A DNA stretch of 64,000 bases from IMG/VR virus record IMGVR_UViG_3300033182_000581, positions 94,492 through 158,491 of that record; one strand, given 5' to 3'. The number at the start of each line of letters is the position of its first letter. The first letter of the stretch is position 1. Positions 19,021 to 26,184 of the stretch are shown piece after piece. The notes beneath the pieces are model-generated. The model did no database searches, had not been told where the DNA came from, and saw nothing but the letters and a program-made list of their open reading frames with translations. This stretch comes from a virus. The translations under genes were made by a program, and so were the position numbers.

Positions 19021-19450
19021 AGACTACGATAATATATGGAAGGAGTTTCAATCCGACCTTACCAATGGTGAGTTGCAGAATAACTACAATGGATTCAAAG
19101 ATAAGGTAAATGATTTGATTCCTCAACATGAAGATGCGTTTATCCACCACCAAAAGATGGAGAAACAAATTTCAGAATTGAAGGATGCTATTCTGATGTC
19201 TGCCCTTAATGGTGTATCATCTGAATCTCTTAATCGTAAGATGCGGGATTTGGAATCTGCATGTGAAGAGTTAGAAGAACAAATGAATATTATTTATTCT
19301 CAAATCAAATACTATGAAGATTTGATTTCTAAGTATGAAGATTGGTCTGAACGCAAACTCTTTATTTGGTGGAGAGTGTTTACCACATTAGATGATACTA
19401 CACCTAATTGGGTTGAGTGGAAAGAAATATATAAAGATAATATTATTTAA
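19001..19450 (+). CDS. coiled-coil hypothetical protein
   Basis: Heptad-rich 149 aa. Confidence 0.65.
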   Translation: MAKKKSKDYDNIWKEFQSDLTNGELQNNYNGFKDKVNDLIPQHEDAFIHHQKMEKQISELKDAILMSALNGVSSESLNRKMRDLESACEELEEQMNIIYSQIKYYEDLISKYEDWSERKLFIWWRVFTTLDDTTPNWVEWKEIYKDNII

Positions 19451-19452
19451 TT

Positions 19453-19821
19453 ATGAAACTTGATTTTAGAACTCGTACTACCTATACGATTACACAGGTA
19501 TCACCAAATCCAATTACATTGGATAGTGAACAATTCAGAAATGCAAACCCACCATTCGAAGGTAGTACCATTGAAGATTTTTGGGATTACATCACCGATG
19601 TACTTTCTGATTTTGAAGCAGAAGAGTTTATAAATGATAACGAAGGTGTACTATCCGATGATTTATTGGATTCGCTATACGAAACGTTTGTAGAATACCC
19701 ATCAGAGATAATGTTTGATTCACGTACTAAGAGTGAAGATATTATTATTGAAGGTGGGGTTATCGATAAAGAGTACACAAAATACAATGGATTTAACGCA
19801 GAATTTAATACTGATTACTAA
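19453..19821 (+). CDS. acidic hypothetical protein
   Basis: 122-aa ORF. Confidence 0.65.
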   Translation: MKLDFRTRTTYTITQVSPNPITLDSEQFRNANPPFEGSTIEDFWDYITDVLSDFEAEEFINDNEGVLSDDLLDSLYETFVEYPSEIMFDSRTKSEDIIIEGGVIDKEYTKYNGFNAEFNTDY

Positions 19822-20363
19822 TGGCAAATCACGTAACAACAACACTAGAAGTGGTATCCGATGAACCACAAGTATTTCAACAACTAAAGAGTTGGTTTGA
19901 TAATAAGAATTGGGATGAACTTTCCGATACTATGTTCCTATACAATACATTGTATCCAGAAGCAAATGGAGTTTATGATAGAAGTGAATATACAGATAGG
20001 ATGGGTTCTAAATGGGCATACATTGATGATATGGAAATAGAAGATGATTACTTTAGAATGAATGTTGTATCTGCATGGTATTTTATTGAATATGGTATTG
20101 ATAAATTAGGAAAACTTCTAAATCAAATTGATGAGAAGGTATTACTTAAATACACATTTGAAGATGAATCATTAGACCCAATTGGTGGTGGTGCTTGGTA
20201 CAAAGGTGAGATGGAGTTTGAAGAGGATTCATATGAATGGCCTGATGAAGAAGAGTTATCAGAAGAAGAGTATGATTTAGAAATGGATTCGATGTATGAG
20301 AACGTATATACCATATGTGAAGAACTTATGGAAGATGCTGTAACATCCTTAACATCTGAGTAA
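19821..20363 (+). CDS. acidic protein, possibly YubB/DUF1281 ferredoxin-like
   Basis: MANHVTTTL...GSKW...SAW...YTFEDE pattern. Confidence 0.5.
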   Translation: MANHVTTTLEVVSDEPQVFQQLKSWFDNKNWDELSDTMFLYNTLYPEANGVYDRSEYTDRMGSKWAYIDDMEIEDDYFRMNVVSAWYFIEYGIDKLGKLLNQIDEKVLLKYTFEDESLDPIGGGAWYKGEMEFEEDSYEWPDEEELSEEEYDLEMDSMYENVYTICEELMEDAVTSLTSE

Positions 20364-20367
20364 ACAT

Positions 20368-20423
20368 TTAACAATTATTTAACATTAGAGGTTTGGTTAT
20401 TCCAAACCTTTTTTGTATATTTA
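20368..20423 (+). promoter_or_regulatory. class I promoter cassette, copy 8 (with embedded terminator hairpin)
   Basis: TTAACA 20368; AGGTTTGG-TTATT-CCAAACCT plus T-run; TATATTTA 20416. Confidence 0.75.
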
Positions 20424-20445
20424 CTATGTAATAAAAATGAGAGAT

Positions 20446-20676
20446 ATGAATAGTATAGATTTAAGTCGAGAGATGGCATGGGTAACATTCTTCAATGAAG
20501 GTTGGCAAACTGTATGGTATCCTGTAACTGATGTTGCTGGTAACCATTTAGAGTGGAGTGATTCTATTATGGATTTCTGCCGAGCACAATTCAATAACGA
20601 AAATAATTGGGTATCGTTTGGTATTGCACCTACATCTCAAATGATACTGATGAACTCCGTTCGTGATAATCTTTAA
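20446..20676 (+). CDS. hypothetical protein
   Basis: ATG after GAGAGAT. Confidence 0.6.
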   Translation: MNSIDLSREMAWVTFFNEGWQTVWYPVTDVAGNHLEWSDSIMDFCRAQFNNENNWVSFGIAPTSQMILMNSVRDNL

Positions 20677-20686
20677 TGTATAGTAT

Positions 20687-21013
20687 ATGAGAAAAGTTGT
20701 TAGTAAACAAAAAGCATTAGACCTAATTGGTGGTACTTATTTGGTTGGTAAGTTGGTTGGATACACTTACTCCGAATTAGTAGACCTTATGGGTGAACCT
20801 ACCTTTAGTGAAGGTAGTGATGATGGTAAGGTTCAAAAAGAATGGGTAGTTATTGATGGTGATAATGTGTTCACTATCTATGATTGGAAAACATATGATG
20901 TTGAATATACCATTACTGAAAATACCATTTGGAATGTGGGTGGTAAGAAACTTGCATACGAATTCATTGGTAAGTTAGAATCTAAGTTGAACGCCAAAAA
21001 AGAATTAGTATAA
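20687..21013 (+). CDS. hypothetical protein
   Basis: DDGKVQKEW...FTIYDWK...WNVGG pattern. Confidence 0.7.
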   Translation: MRKVVSKQKALDLIGGTYLVGKLVGYTYSELVDLMGEPTFSEGSDDGKVQKEWVVIDGDNVFTIYDWKTYDVEYTITENTIWNVGGKKLAYEFIGKLESKLNAKKELV

Positions 21014-21495
21014 TGGGATACAATCCGTTCCGATGGTACACATCAGGTAAGTATCGTAAGAAACCACTATACTCGTCTGCACCACTATTACTGAAAATTC
21101 GTAATGGTGATTTTGAGTATTCACCTTTTTATAAAGAGGCAGAAGATAATCATAAGATGTATGATAAGATGTATAATGAGTATATGAATACATCTCCAAT
21201 TCAGAACATCAATGATAAGAAGCATGAAGCCCACCAACACGCTAAGATGAAACGAATCAAAGCGATGAAGTTAGAAGAGAAGGGTTGGGAAGAAGAGCAG
21301 GTTCGTTTGGCTCAATTACGAAAAGAGTTGGAATCTGAATTCGGTAAAGACCTTTGGGATAAGTGTTTAGAGCGTCAAAGGGGAAAGGGTACTACTGAGG
21401 ATATGTATTGGTGGTATAAGAAACAATGTAAGATGGGTATGACACCATCGGAGATTGCTATTCAATTAGGTAGAAAAACAACTAAAGGATTATAA
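21013..21495 (+). CDS. hypothetical protein
   Basis: Coupled 160-aa ORF. Confidence 0.7.
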   Translation: MGYNPFRWYTSGKYRKKPLYSSAPLLLKIRNGDFEYSPFYKEAEDNHKMYDKMYNEYMNTSPIQNINDKKHEAHQHAKMKRIKAMKLEEKGWEEEQVRLAQLRKELESEFGKDLWDKCLERQRGKGTTEDMYWWYKKQCKMGMTPSEIAIQLGRKTTKGL

Positions 21496-21496
21496 T

Positions 21497-21715
21497 ATGA
21501 AGTACGACCCAAACAAACCTTTAACAGCCGAGGAAGTAGATAAACTTGGAAAAGATGATTTTGATGCGTTTCTCGAATACTTAGATTCAATGCAGGAATA
21601 CAAACAAAAAAACTTTAAAGAAAAGGTAAGGGCTGCTAAAAAAAAGAAGCACGATATGTTAAAAGAAAGTGGTGTAAAGAATGTTAAAACACATCGTTCT
21701 CAATGGTTCGATTAA
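21497..21715 (+). CDS. hypothetical protein
   Basis: 72-aa ORF. Confidence 0.6.
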   Translation: MKYDPNKPLTAEEVDKLGKDDFDAFLEYLDSMQEYKQKNFKEKVRAAKKKKHDMLKESGVKNVKTHRSQWFD

Positions 21716-21752
21716 ATTTGGAAATTTAAAAAATAATTTGTATATTTGTAAT

Positions 21753-21917
21753 ATGAAAATAACTAAATATGGACACTCTTGGATTTTAATGGTATTGGGT
21801 ATATTATTTACCTCATCCGATTCATTACTATCCTCATTCATTGGTGGTATCTTAATTGGTACATCTGTTTTAATGGCTAGACAATCAGGTATAGAGGATG
21901 CCTCCAAAAATGAGTAA
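21753..21917 (+). CDS. small membrane protein
   Basis: Behind class II promoter at 21717; hydrophobic. Confidence 0.55.
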   Translation: MKITKYGHSWILMVLGILFTSSDSLLSSFIGGILIGTSVLMARQSGIEDASKNE

Positions 21918-22108
21918 TGGGTTATTGGTCAGATAAATGTTTTATGTGTTACTTCGTTGGTACACTTGTTGCGATTGTATCATTATCAACACATAGTATT
22001 GTAAAACAAAATAAAAAAGAGAAACGTTATGAACATAACACAAGAGGGAGAGGACCAGTTTCAGATACGACAAAAACCGCAGGATATGAAAGCAATTTTA
22101 GAATTTAA
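21917..22108 (+). CDS. small membrane protein
   Basis: One TM segment; coupled start. Confidence 0.45.
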   Translation: MGYWSDKCFMCYFVGTLVAIVSLSTHSIVKQNKKEKRYEHNTRGRGPVSDTTKTAGYESNFRI

Positions 22109-22322
22109 TTTACCTGAAGATAATCAGGACTTCAAACTAGCAACCAAAGGTTCATGTTGGTGGCATGTTTGTTGGGAGATGGACCAATGGTTGAGACAAC
22201 AATACAAATATATGTCCGATGATGAATATAGTGCGGATAAGTATAATGCTTATTATGAAGCTAGACAGAAACTCTTTGAGTTGATGCAGGTGAATGGTGT
22301 AAGTTTAGCTGATGTAGAATGA
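22086..22322 (+). CDS. hypothetical protein, duplicate copy A
   Basis: MKAILEFNLPEDNQDFKLATKG...; near-identical to 24750..24986. Confidence 0.75.
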   Translation: MKAILEFNLPEDNQDFKLATKGSCWWHVCWEMDQWLRQQYKYMSDDEYSADKYNAYYEARQKLFELMQVNGVSLADVE

Positions 22323-22636
22323 GAACAATCAAACAATTCATTCGTAGAGTAAAACGTACTTATGCGTTTCTACCCATCATTTGGAAAGGATATGATTGGG
22401 ATTATGGATACGCAATCGAACTATTCAGATACCAATTAGAACGTACTGCTGATTTCTTAGAAAGTGATAAGGCAGTTACAATGGATGCACATCTACACGC
22501 TAAAAAAATCAGAACCGCAATTAGATTGATTGATATGGTTTATGGTGATGAGATGATATCTTTTGAAAGATGGAAAAAGGCTGAAAGAGTACTTTGGAAA
22601 TTTATTTCACATAATATCAAACATTGGTGGGATTAA
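22319..22636 (+). CDS. hypothetical protein
   Basis: 105-aa ORF (DWDYGY...WWD). Confidence 0.7.
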   Translation: MRTIKQFIRRVKRTYAFLPIIWKGYDWDYGYAIELFRYQLERTADFLESDKAVTMDAHLHAKKIRTAIRLIDMVYGDEMISFERWKKAERVLWKFISHNIKHWWD

Positions 22637-22693
22637 ATTTGGATATATAAACTTTGTGTTGTATATTTGTAAAAGTTCTTTGATATTTAAGAA

Positions 22694-22782
22694 GCTCGGG
22701 TGGTGGAATTGGTAGACACGCCGGACTTAAAATCCTGTGGGCAGTAATGCCCGTGCGGGTTCGATTCCCGCTCCGAGTACCA
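22694..22782 (+). tRNA. trnL: tRNA-Leu(TAA)
   Basis: Cloverleaf with GGTAGACAC D-arm, CT-TAA-AA loop, long variable arm, TTCGATT T-loop, encoded CCA. Confidence 0.92.
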
Positions 22783-22843
22783 AGTGGGGAGTTACACAAT
22801 ACGCGTTGGAACTATGTAACTTTAAAATAGAACCCCACAATAT

Positions 22844-22917
22844 GCACCCATAGCTCAATTGGATAGAGCAACGCACTTCTAATGCGTAGGCTACAGGTTC
22901 GACTCCTGTTGGGTGTA
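22844..22917 (+). tRNA. trnR: tRNA-Arg(TCT)
   Basis: GCACCCA/TGGGTGT acceptor, ACGCA-CTTCTAA-TGCGT anticodon arm, TTCGACT T-loop. Confidence 0.93.
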
Positions 22918-22923
22918 CAAAAA

Positions 22924-23090
22924 GTACTTACCACGCTACCCATAAGAACAGCGTCCCAGGGTAAGTCTTTTGCGAGAGAGATAGTGAAGCTGTTAGTTAA
23001 TGGTGGTGTTAAAAGGATGAAAAAGGGTTTAGAGTAATCCGAGCGCAAACAAACCATTAATCAGTAACCCTGAAAGACCCGAAGTCTCTC
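22924..23090 (+). ncRNA. candidate structured RNA(s) in the tRNA-Arg/tRNA-Ser spacer
   Basis: ACTTACC/GGTAAGT enclosing ACGCT/AGCGT; GAGAGA/TCTCTC enclosing TTAATGGT/ACCATTAA. Confidence 0.45.
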
Positions 23091-23096
23091 TTTAAT

Positions 23097-23181
23097 GGAA
23101 GATTGGCAGAGTGGTCGAACGCACTTGACTTGAAATCAAGCGTACAGCAATGTACCGTAGGTTCGAATCCTACATCTTCCG
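23097..23181 (+). tRNA. trnS: tRNA-Ser(TGA)
   Basis: GGAAGAT/ATCTTCC acceptor, CTTGA-CTTGAAA-TCAAG, long variable arm, TTCGAAT. Confidence 0.93.
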
Positions 23182-23220
23182 CAAAGGTTATCGTTCTTTG
23201 ATTTAAAAATAGGAGAAACT

Positions 23221-23649
23221 ATGGAAATAACATCATTTATTTTAGGTGTATGTGCGGCTATCGCATTGTTGATAGTTGTGGGTACGTTTGTGAATTATAT
23301 GAGTTTTAAATTACTCAAAAAGCAAATGGATGATATCAGTAGAACACTACATGATATTGAGCGTGATATCTACGATAATGTAGATGAGTTAAATAAAGAA
23401 CTTCACAACGAAGTTGATGAGTTAAATAAAGAACTTCACAACGAACTTGATGAGGTTTACAAAACAATCGATTCCAGATTTGATAAGTTTGAGAATCGAA
23501 TGAATCGTGATATCTACGATAATGTAGATGAGTTAAATAAAGAACTTCACAACGAAGTTGATGAGTTACACAACGAACTTGATGAGGTTTACAAAACAAT
23601 CGATTCCAGATTTGATAAGTTTGAGAATCAAATCAATCAAAACAAATAA
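23221..23649 (+). CDS. membrane-anchored 11-residue-repeat coiled-coil protein
   Basis: N-terminal TM helix; DELNKELHNEV repeats; AGGAG RBS. Confidence 0.75.
   Translation: MEITSFILGVCAAIALLIVVGTFVNYMSFKLLKKQMDDISRTLHDIERDIYDNVDELNKELHNEVDELNKELHNELDEVYKTIDSRFDKFENRMNRDIYDNVDELNKELHNEVDELHNELDEVYKTIDSRFDKFENQINQNK
23362..23629 (+). repeat. internal tandem duplication (period 144 bp) containing 33-bp subunits
   Basis: 23362-23497 recurs at 23506-23629, identical except a 12-bp deletion. Confidence 0.9.
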
Positions 23650-23677
23650 TTAATTAACCCTAAAGAATGATAACCTT

Positions 23678-23759
23678 CGGGATGTGGTGAAATTGGTAGA
23701 CACGCTGGTTTTAGGCACCAGTGCTTCACGGCTTGTGGGTTCGAGTCCCTCCATCCCGA
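23678..23759 (+). tRNA. trnL: tRNA-Leu(TAG)
   Basis: CGGGATG/CATCCCG acceptor, CTGGT-TTTAGGC-ACCAG, variable arm, TTCGAGT. Confidence 0.9.
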
Positions 23760-23824
23760 CTTTAGAAAAAAAATTCGAAAATATATTTGGAAGTTTGAAA
23801 AAACTTTTGTATATTTGTATTCAA

Positions 23825-24091
23825 ATGAAATGGGATAGTGTAAATATAACCGATAAGATTCATTACTTGAAAAAGTTAATGGAGAATACTGATAGTGTTG
23901 ATATCGGTGATATGTATATTGTTCAAGCCCTAATTACAGGTTCCCTAAACACAAGAGATGCTGATGATGATTATGGATTCAAAATCCAACCACATCACAT
24001 TGAGTTTATGAGAAAGTTATGGAATGTTGCTATTGAGAATCAGCACGATAATTCCGTTATTAATAAAATCAAACAAGAAATTAAATCATAA
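23825..24091 (+). CDS. hypothetical protein
   Basis: ATG after the class II promoter at 23786; the track start (23684) lies inside a tRNA. Confidence 0.65.
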   Translation: MKWDSVNITDKIHYLKKLMENTDSVDIGDMYIVQALITGSLNTRDADDDYGFKIQPHHIEFMRKLWNVAIENQHDNSVINKIKQEIKS

Positions 24092-24432
24092 TGGATTACA
24101 AATCAATACATAAACTGATGGAAATTCAGTACCTTAAAGGCAGGTTAGATGAGTTGTACAAAGGATATGTTCCTAACAGTAATTCATCTAATAATCGATA
24201 TGTAGATTGTCGTATCTCTAAGTATGAGGATAAGTTGAAAGAGATAGATGAGATTGCGTACCATTTGTATGAAGTAGAACGTACCAATGTTAAATTCTCT
24301 AAGGATAAATCTAAAAGAGATATGAAGCAACTCTTATCCGAAATAATGGATGTTATGAATACAACTCCATTGAATCCAGATGTTTCAACTCTTATGGATA
24401 AGATTAAATTACAAATTCTTAAATATGACTAG
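24091..24432 (+). CDS. hypothetical protein
   Basis: Coupled ORF. Confidence 0.65.
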   Translation: MDYKSIHKLMEIQYLKGRLDELYKGYVPNSNSSNNRYVDCRISKYEDKLKEIDEIAYHLYEVERTNVKFSKDKSKRDMKQLLSEIMDVMNTTPLNPDVSTLMDKIKLQILKYD

Positions 24433-24583
24433 CGAAGAAGAAATTGAAGAGATTCTATATGAAGCATCCGCATATGGACTTCGTACTGAAGTGATGGATT
24501 CGGCAAACAAAGAGATGGAAGAAAATCCAAACCTTTCTAAGGTCGACGCATATCAACGGGCATATTATGAATGGATTAAATGA
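24425..24583 (+). CDS. hypothetical protein
   Basis: MTSEEEIEEILYEASAYGLR... Confidence 0.6.
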   Translation: MTSEEEIEEILYEASAYGLRTEVMDSANKEMEENPNLSKVDAYQRAYYEWIK

Positions 24584-24753
24584 AACCAACTACGAAGGAA
24601 GTAGAACAGGCAATTGATAGAACATGCATTCACTATGATTCAATCGTAGAGAATGTTGTACGTCATAGTGTATATAAGTTAGACAAGAACTTTGCTAAAC
24701 ACATTGATGATACATTAGAAGCATTAACAAAAGCACACCAATCGATATTATGA
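24580..24753 (+). CDS. hypothetical protein (57 aa)
   Basis: Read by hand; ATGA overlaps at both ends. Confidence 0.5.
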   Translation: MKPTTKEVEQAIDRTCIHYDSIVENVVRHSVYKLDKNFAKHIDDTLEALTKAHQSIL

Positions 24754-24986
24754 AAGCAATTTTAGAATTTAATCTACCCGAAGATAACCAAGAGTTCAAA
24801 CTTGCAACCAAAGGTTCGGATTGGTGGCATGTTTGTTGGGAGATGGACCAATGGTTGAGAGCACAATACAAGTATATGCCTGATGAAGAATTTACGCAAG
24901 ATAGATATGATGCGTATGTTGAGGCCAGAGAAAAACTATTTGAATTGATGAGTGAGAATGGTGTAAGTTTAAATGATGTACAATGA
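24750..24986 (+). CDS. hypothetical protein, duplicate copy B
   Basis: Paralog of 22086..22322. Confidence 0.75.
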   Translation: MKAILEFNLPEDNQEFKLATKGSDWWHVCWEMDQWLRAQYKYMPDEEFTQDRYDAYVEAREKLFELMSENGVSLNDVQ

Positions 24987-25231
24987 TAGAACAAGAACTT
25001 ATTGATTTAGGATTTGAGAAGTTTGAAGAAACTGCTGAGAACAGTGGGTATCCTAACGATTGGTATTACTATACAATTGATATAGGTGATATCTCTTTCA
25101 TTACAAATGATAGCGATGATGCAGAAAAGAATGGGTGGAAGGTTTATCTCTTTGATTATGAATCAATGGAAATCGCCGACTCCACTCAAGCACGAACCCT
25201 AATTGAAATCATAAAGAGTAACACCAAATGA
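24983..25231 (+). CDS. hypothetical protein
   Basis: Coupled ORF. Confidence 0.65.
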   Translation: MIEQELIDLGFEKFEETAENSGYPNDWYYYTIDIGDISFITNDSDDAEKNGWKVYLFDYESMEIADSTQARTLIEIIKSNTK

Positions 25232-25599
25232 AGTTAGCAGTAATCGCACATGATGGTAAGAAAGCGGATATGGTATCGTTCGTAATGAAACGATTACCAT
25301 TCTTCAAACGTAAAGATGTTGAACTTGTGGGAACTGGAACTACTGGCACTATGATTATTCATGCTGGCCTAAAAGTAGAGAGAGTGGCATCGGGTCCAAT
25401 GGGTGGTGATGCGGAGATTGGTGCGATGGTAACCAGAGGTGAGATTGATGGAGTAATCTTCTTTAGAGACCCGTTAGATAAACACCCACACGATGTAGAT
25501 ATCTCAATGTTGATGCGATTGTGTGATGTACACGAAGTACCACTTGCTACCAACTATCGTTCAGCACATATTATGATTAAGTATTTTGAAAACAAATGA
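25228..25599 (+). CDS. mgsA: methylglyoxal synthase
   Basis: LAVIAHDGKK, GTGTTG, SGPMGGDAEIG, FFRDPL, HPHDVD, RLCDVHEVPLATN. Confidence 0.95.
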   Translation: MKLAVIAHDGKKADMVSFVMKRLPFFKRKDVELVGTGTTGTMIIHAGLKVERVASGPMGGDAEIGAMVTRGEIDGVIFFRDPLDKHPHDVDISMLMRLCDVHEVPLATNYRSAHIMIKYFENK

Positions 25600-25808
25600 A
25601 TAAGCTCGATAAACAATATCAAGAACTACTAATGACCATACTTGAGTATGGAGTAGATAAATCGGATAGGACTGGTACAGGTACCAAGTCCATCTTTGGT
25701 TACACCATCCGACATAATATGGAAGATGGATTTCCCCTACTAACCACAAAGAAGATAGCAGTCAAAACTATGATGACTGAGTTGAAGTGGTTCTTAGAGG
25801 GAGATTAA
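25596..25808 (+). pseudogene. thyA: thymidylate synthase N-terminal fragment (70 aa)
   Basis: QYQELL..I...DRTGTGT.SIFG...FPLLTTKK...ELKWFLEGD then stop; the catalytic Cys region is absent from this window. Confidence 0.85.
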
Positions 25809-25811
25809 CAT

Positions 25812-25867
25812 TTAACAATTTCTTAACATTGGGGGTTTGGAAAAATCCCCTTTTTTTGTTATCTTTA
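25812..25867 (+). promoter_or_regulatory. class I promoter cassette, copy 9 (with hairpin/U-tract)
   Basis: TTAACA 25812 (extra copy at 25805), GGGG..CCCC plus T-run, TATCTTTA 25860. Confidence 0.75.
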
Positions 25868-25896
25868 CTATGTAAAAGAGATAAAGATTAAATAGT

Positions 25897-26094
25897 ATGA
25901 AAAATTATCAAGCAATTTTGTTAGTGTTAGTTGGATTCGGATTGAGTATCGGAACTATGTTCGGTAAGGTTCAATCCTTAATACATTTTGCGGGTGTTAT
26001 CAATGAAATGGGATTCGCGTTTTTGTCATTTATGATAGGTATAATCGGATTGTGTTCGATTAACTACACTAAAATTTACAAAGCACTGATTTAA
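25897..26094 (+). CDS. small two-TM membrane protein
   Basis: Hydrophobic 65 aa behind cassette 9. Confidence 0.6.
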   Translation: MKNYQAILLVLVGFGLSIGTMFGKVQSLIHFAGVINEMGFAFLSFMIGIIGLCSINYTKIYKALI

Positions 26095-26118
26095 GGTGTT
26101 GATAACTTGTTGATAACT

Positions 26119-26174
26119 TTAACAATTATTTAACATAGAACATTTGGATATATCAGAAATATTCACTACTTTAG
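26119..26174 (+). promoter_or_regulatory. class I promoter cassette, copy 10
   Basis: TTAACA 26119, TTTG 26143, TACTTTAG 26167; preceded by two TGTTGATAA boxes. Confidence 0.75.
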
Positions 26175-26184
26175 TACTGTAATA

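Noticed and set aside
23060-23090. Hammerhead or theta ribozyme in the tRNA spacers (CTGAAAGA...GAAG)
   Set aside because: The core does not match CUGANGA/GAAA, stem II is absent, and the 3' trailers do not fit the HDV-like nested pseudoknot order.
23684-23824. N-terminal extension of ORF 23684..24091
   Set aside because: It runs through tRNA-Leu(TAG) and a promoter; the likely start is ATG 23825.
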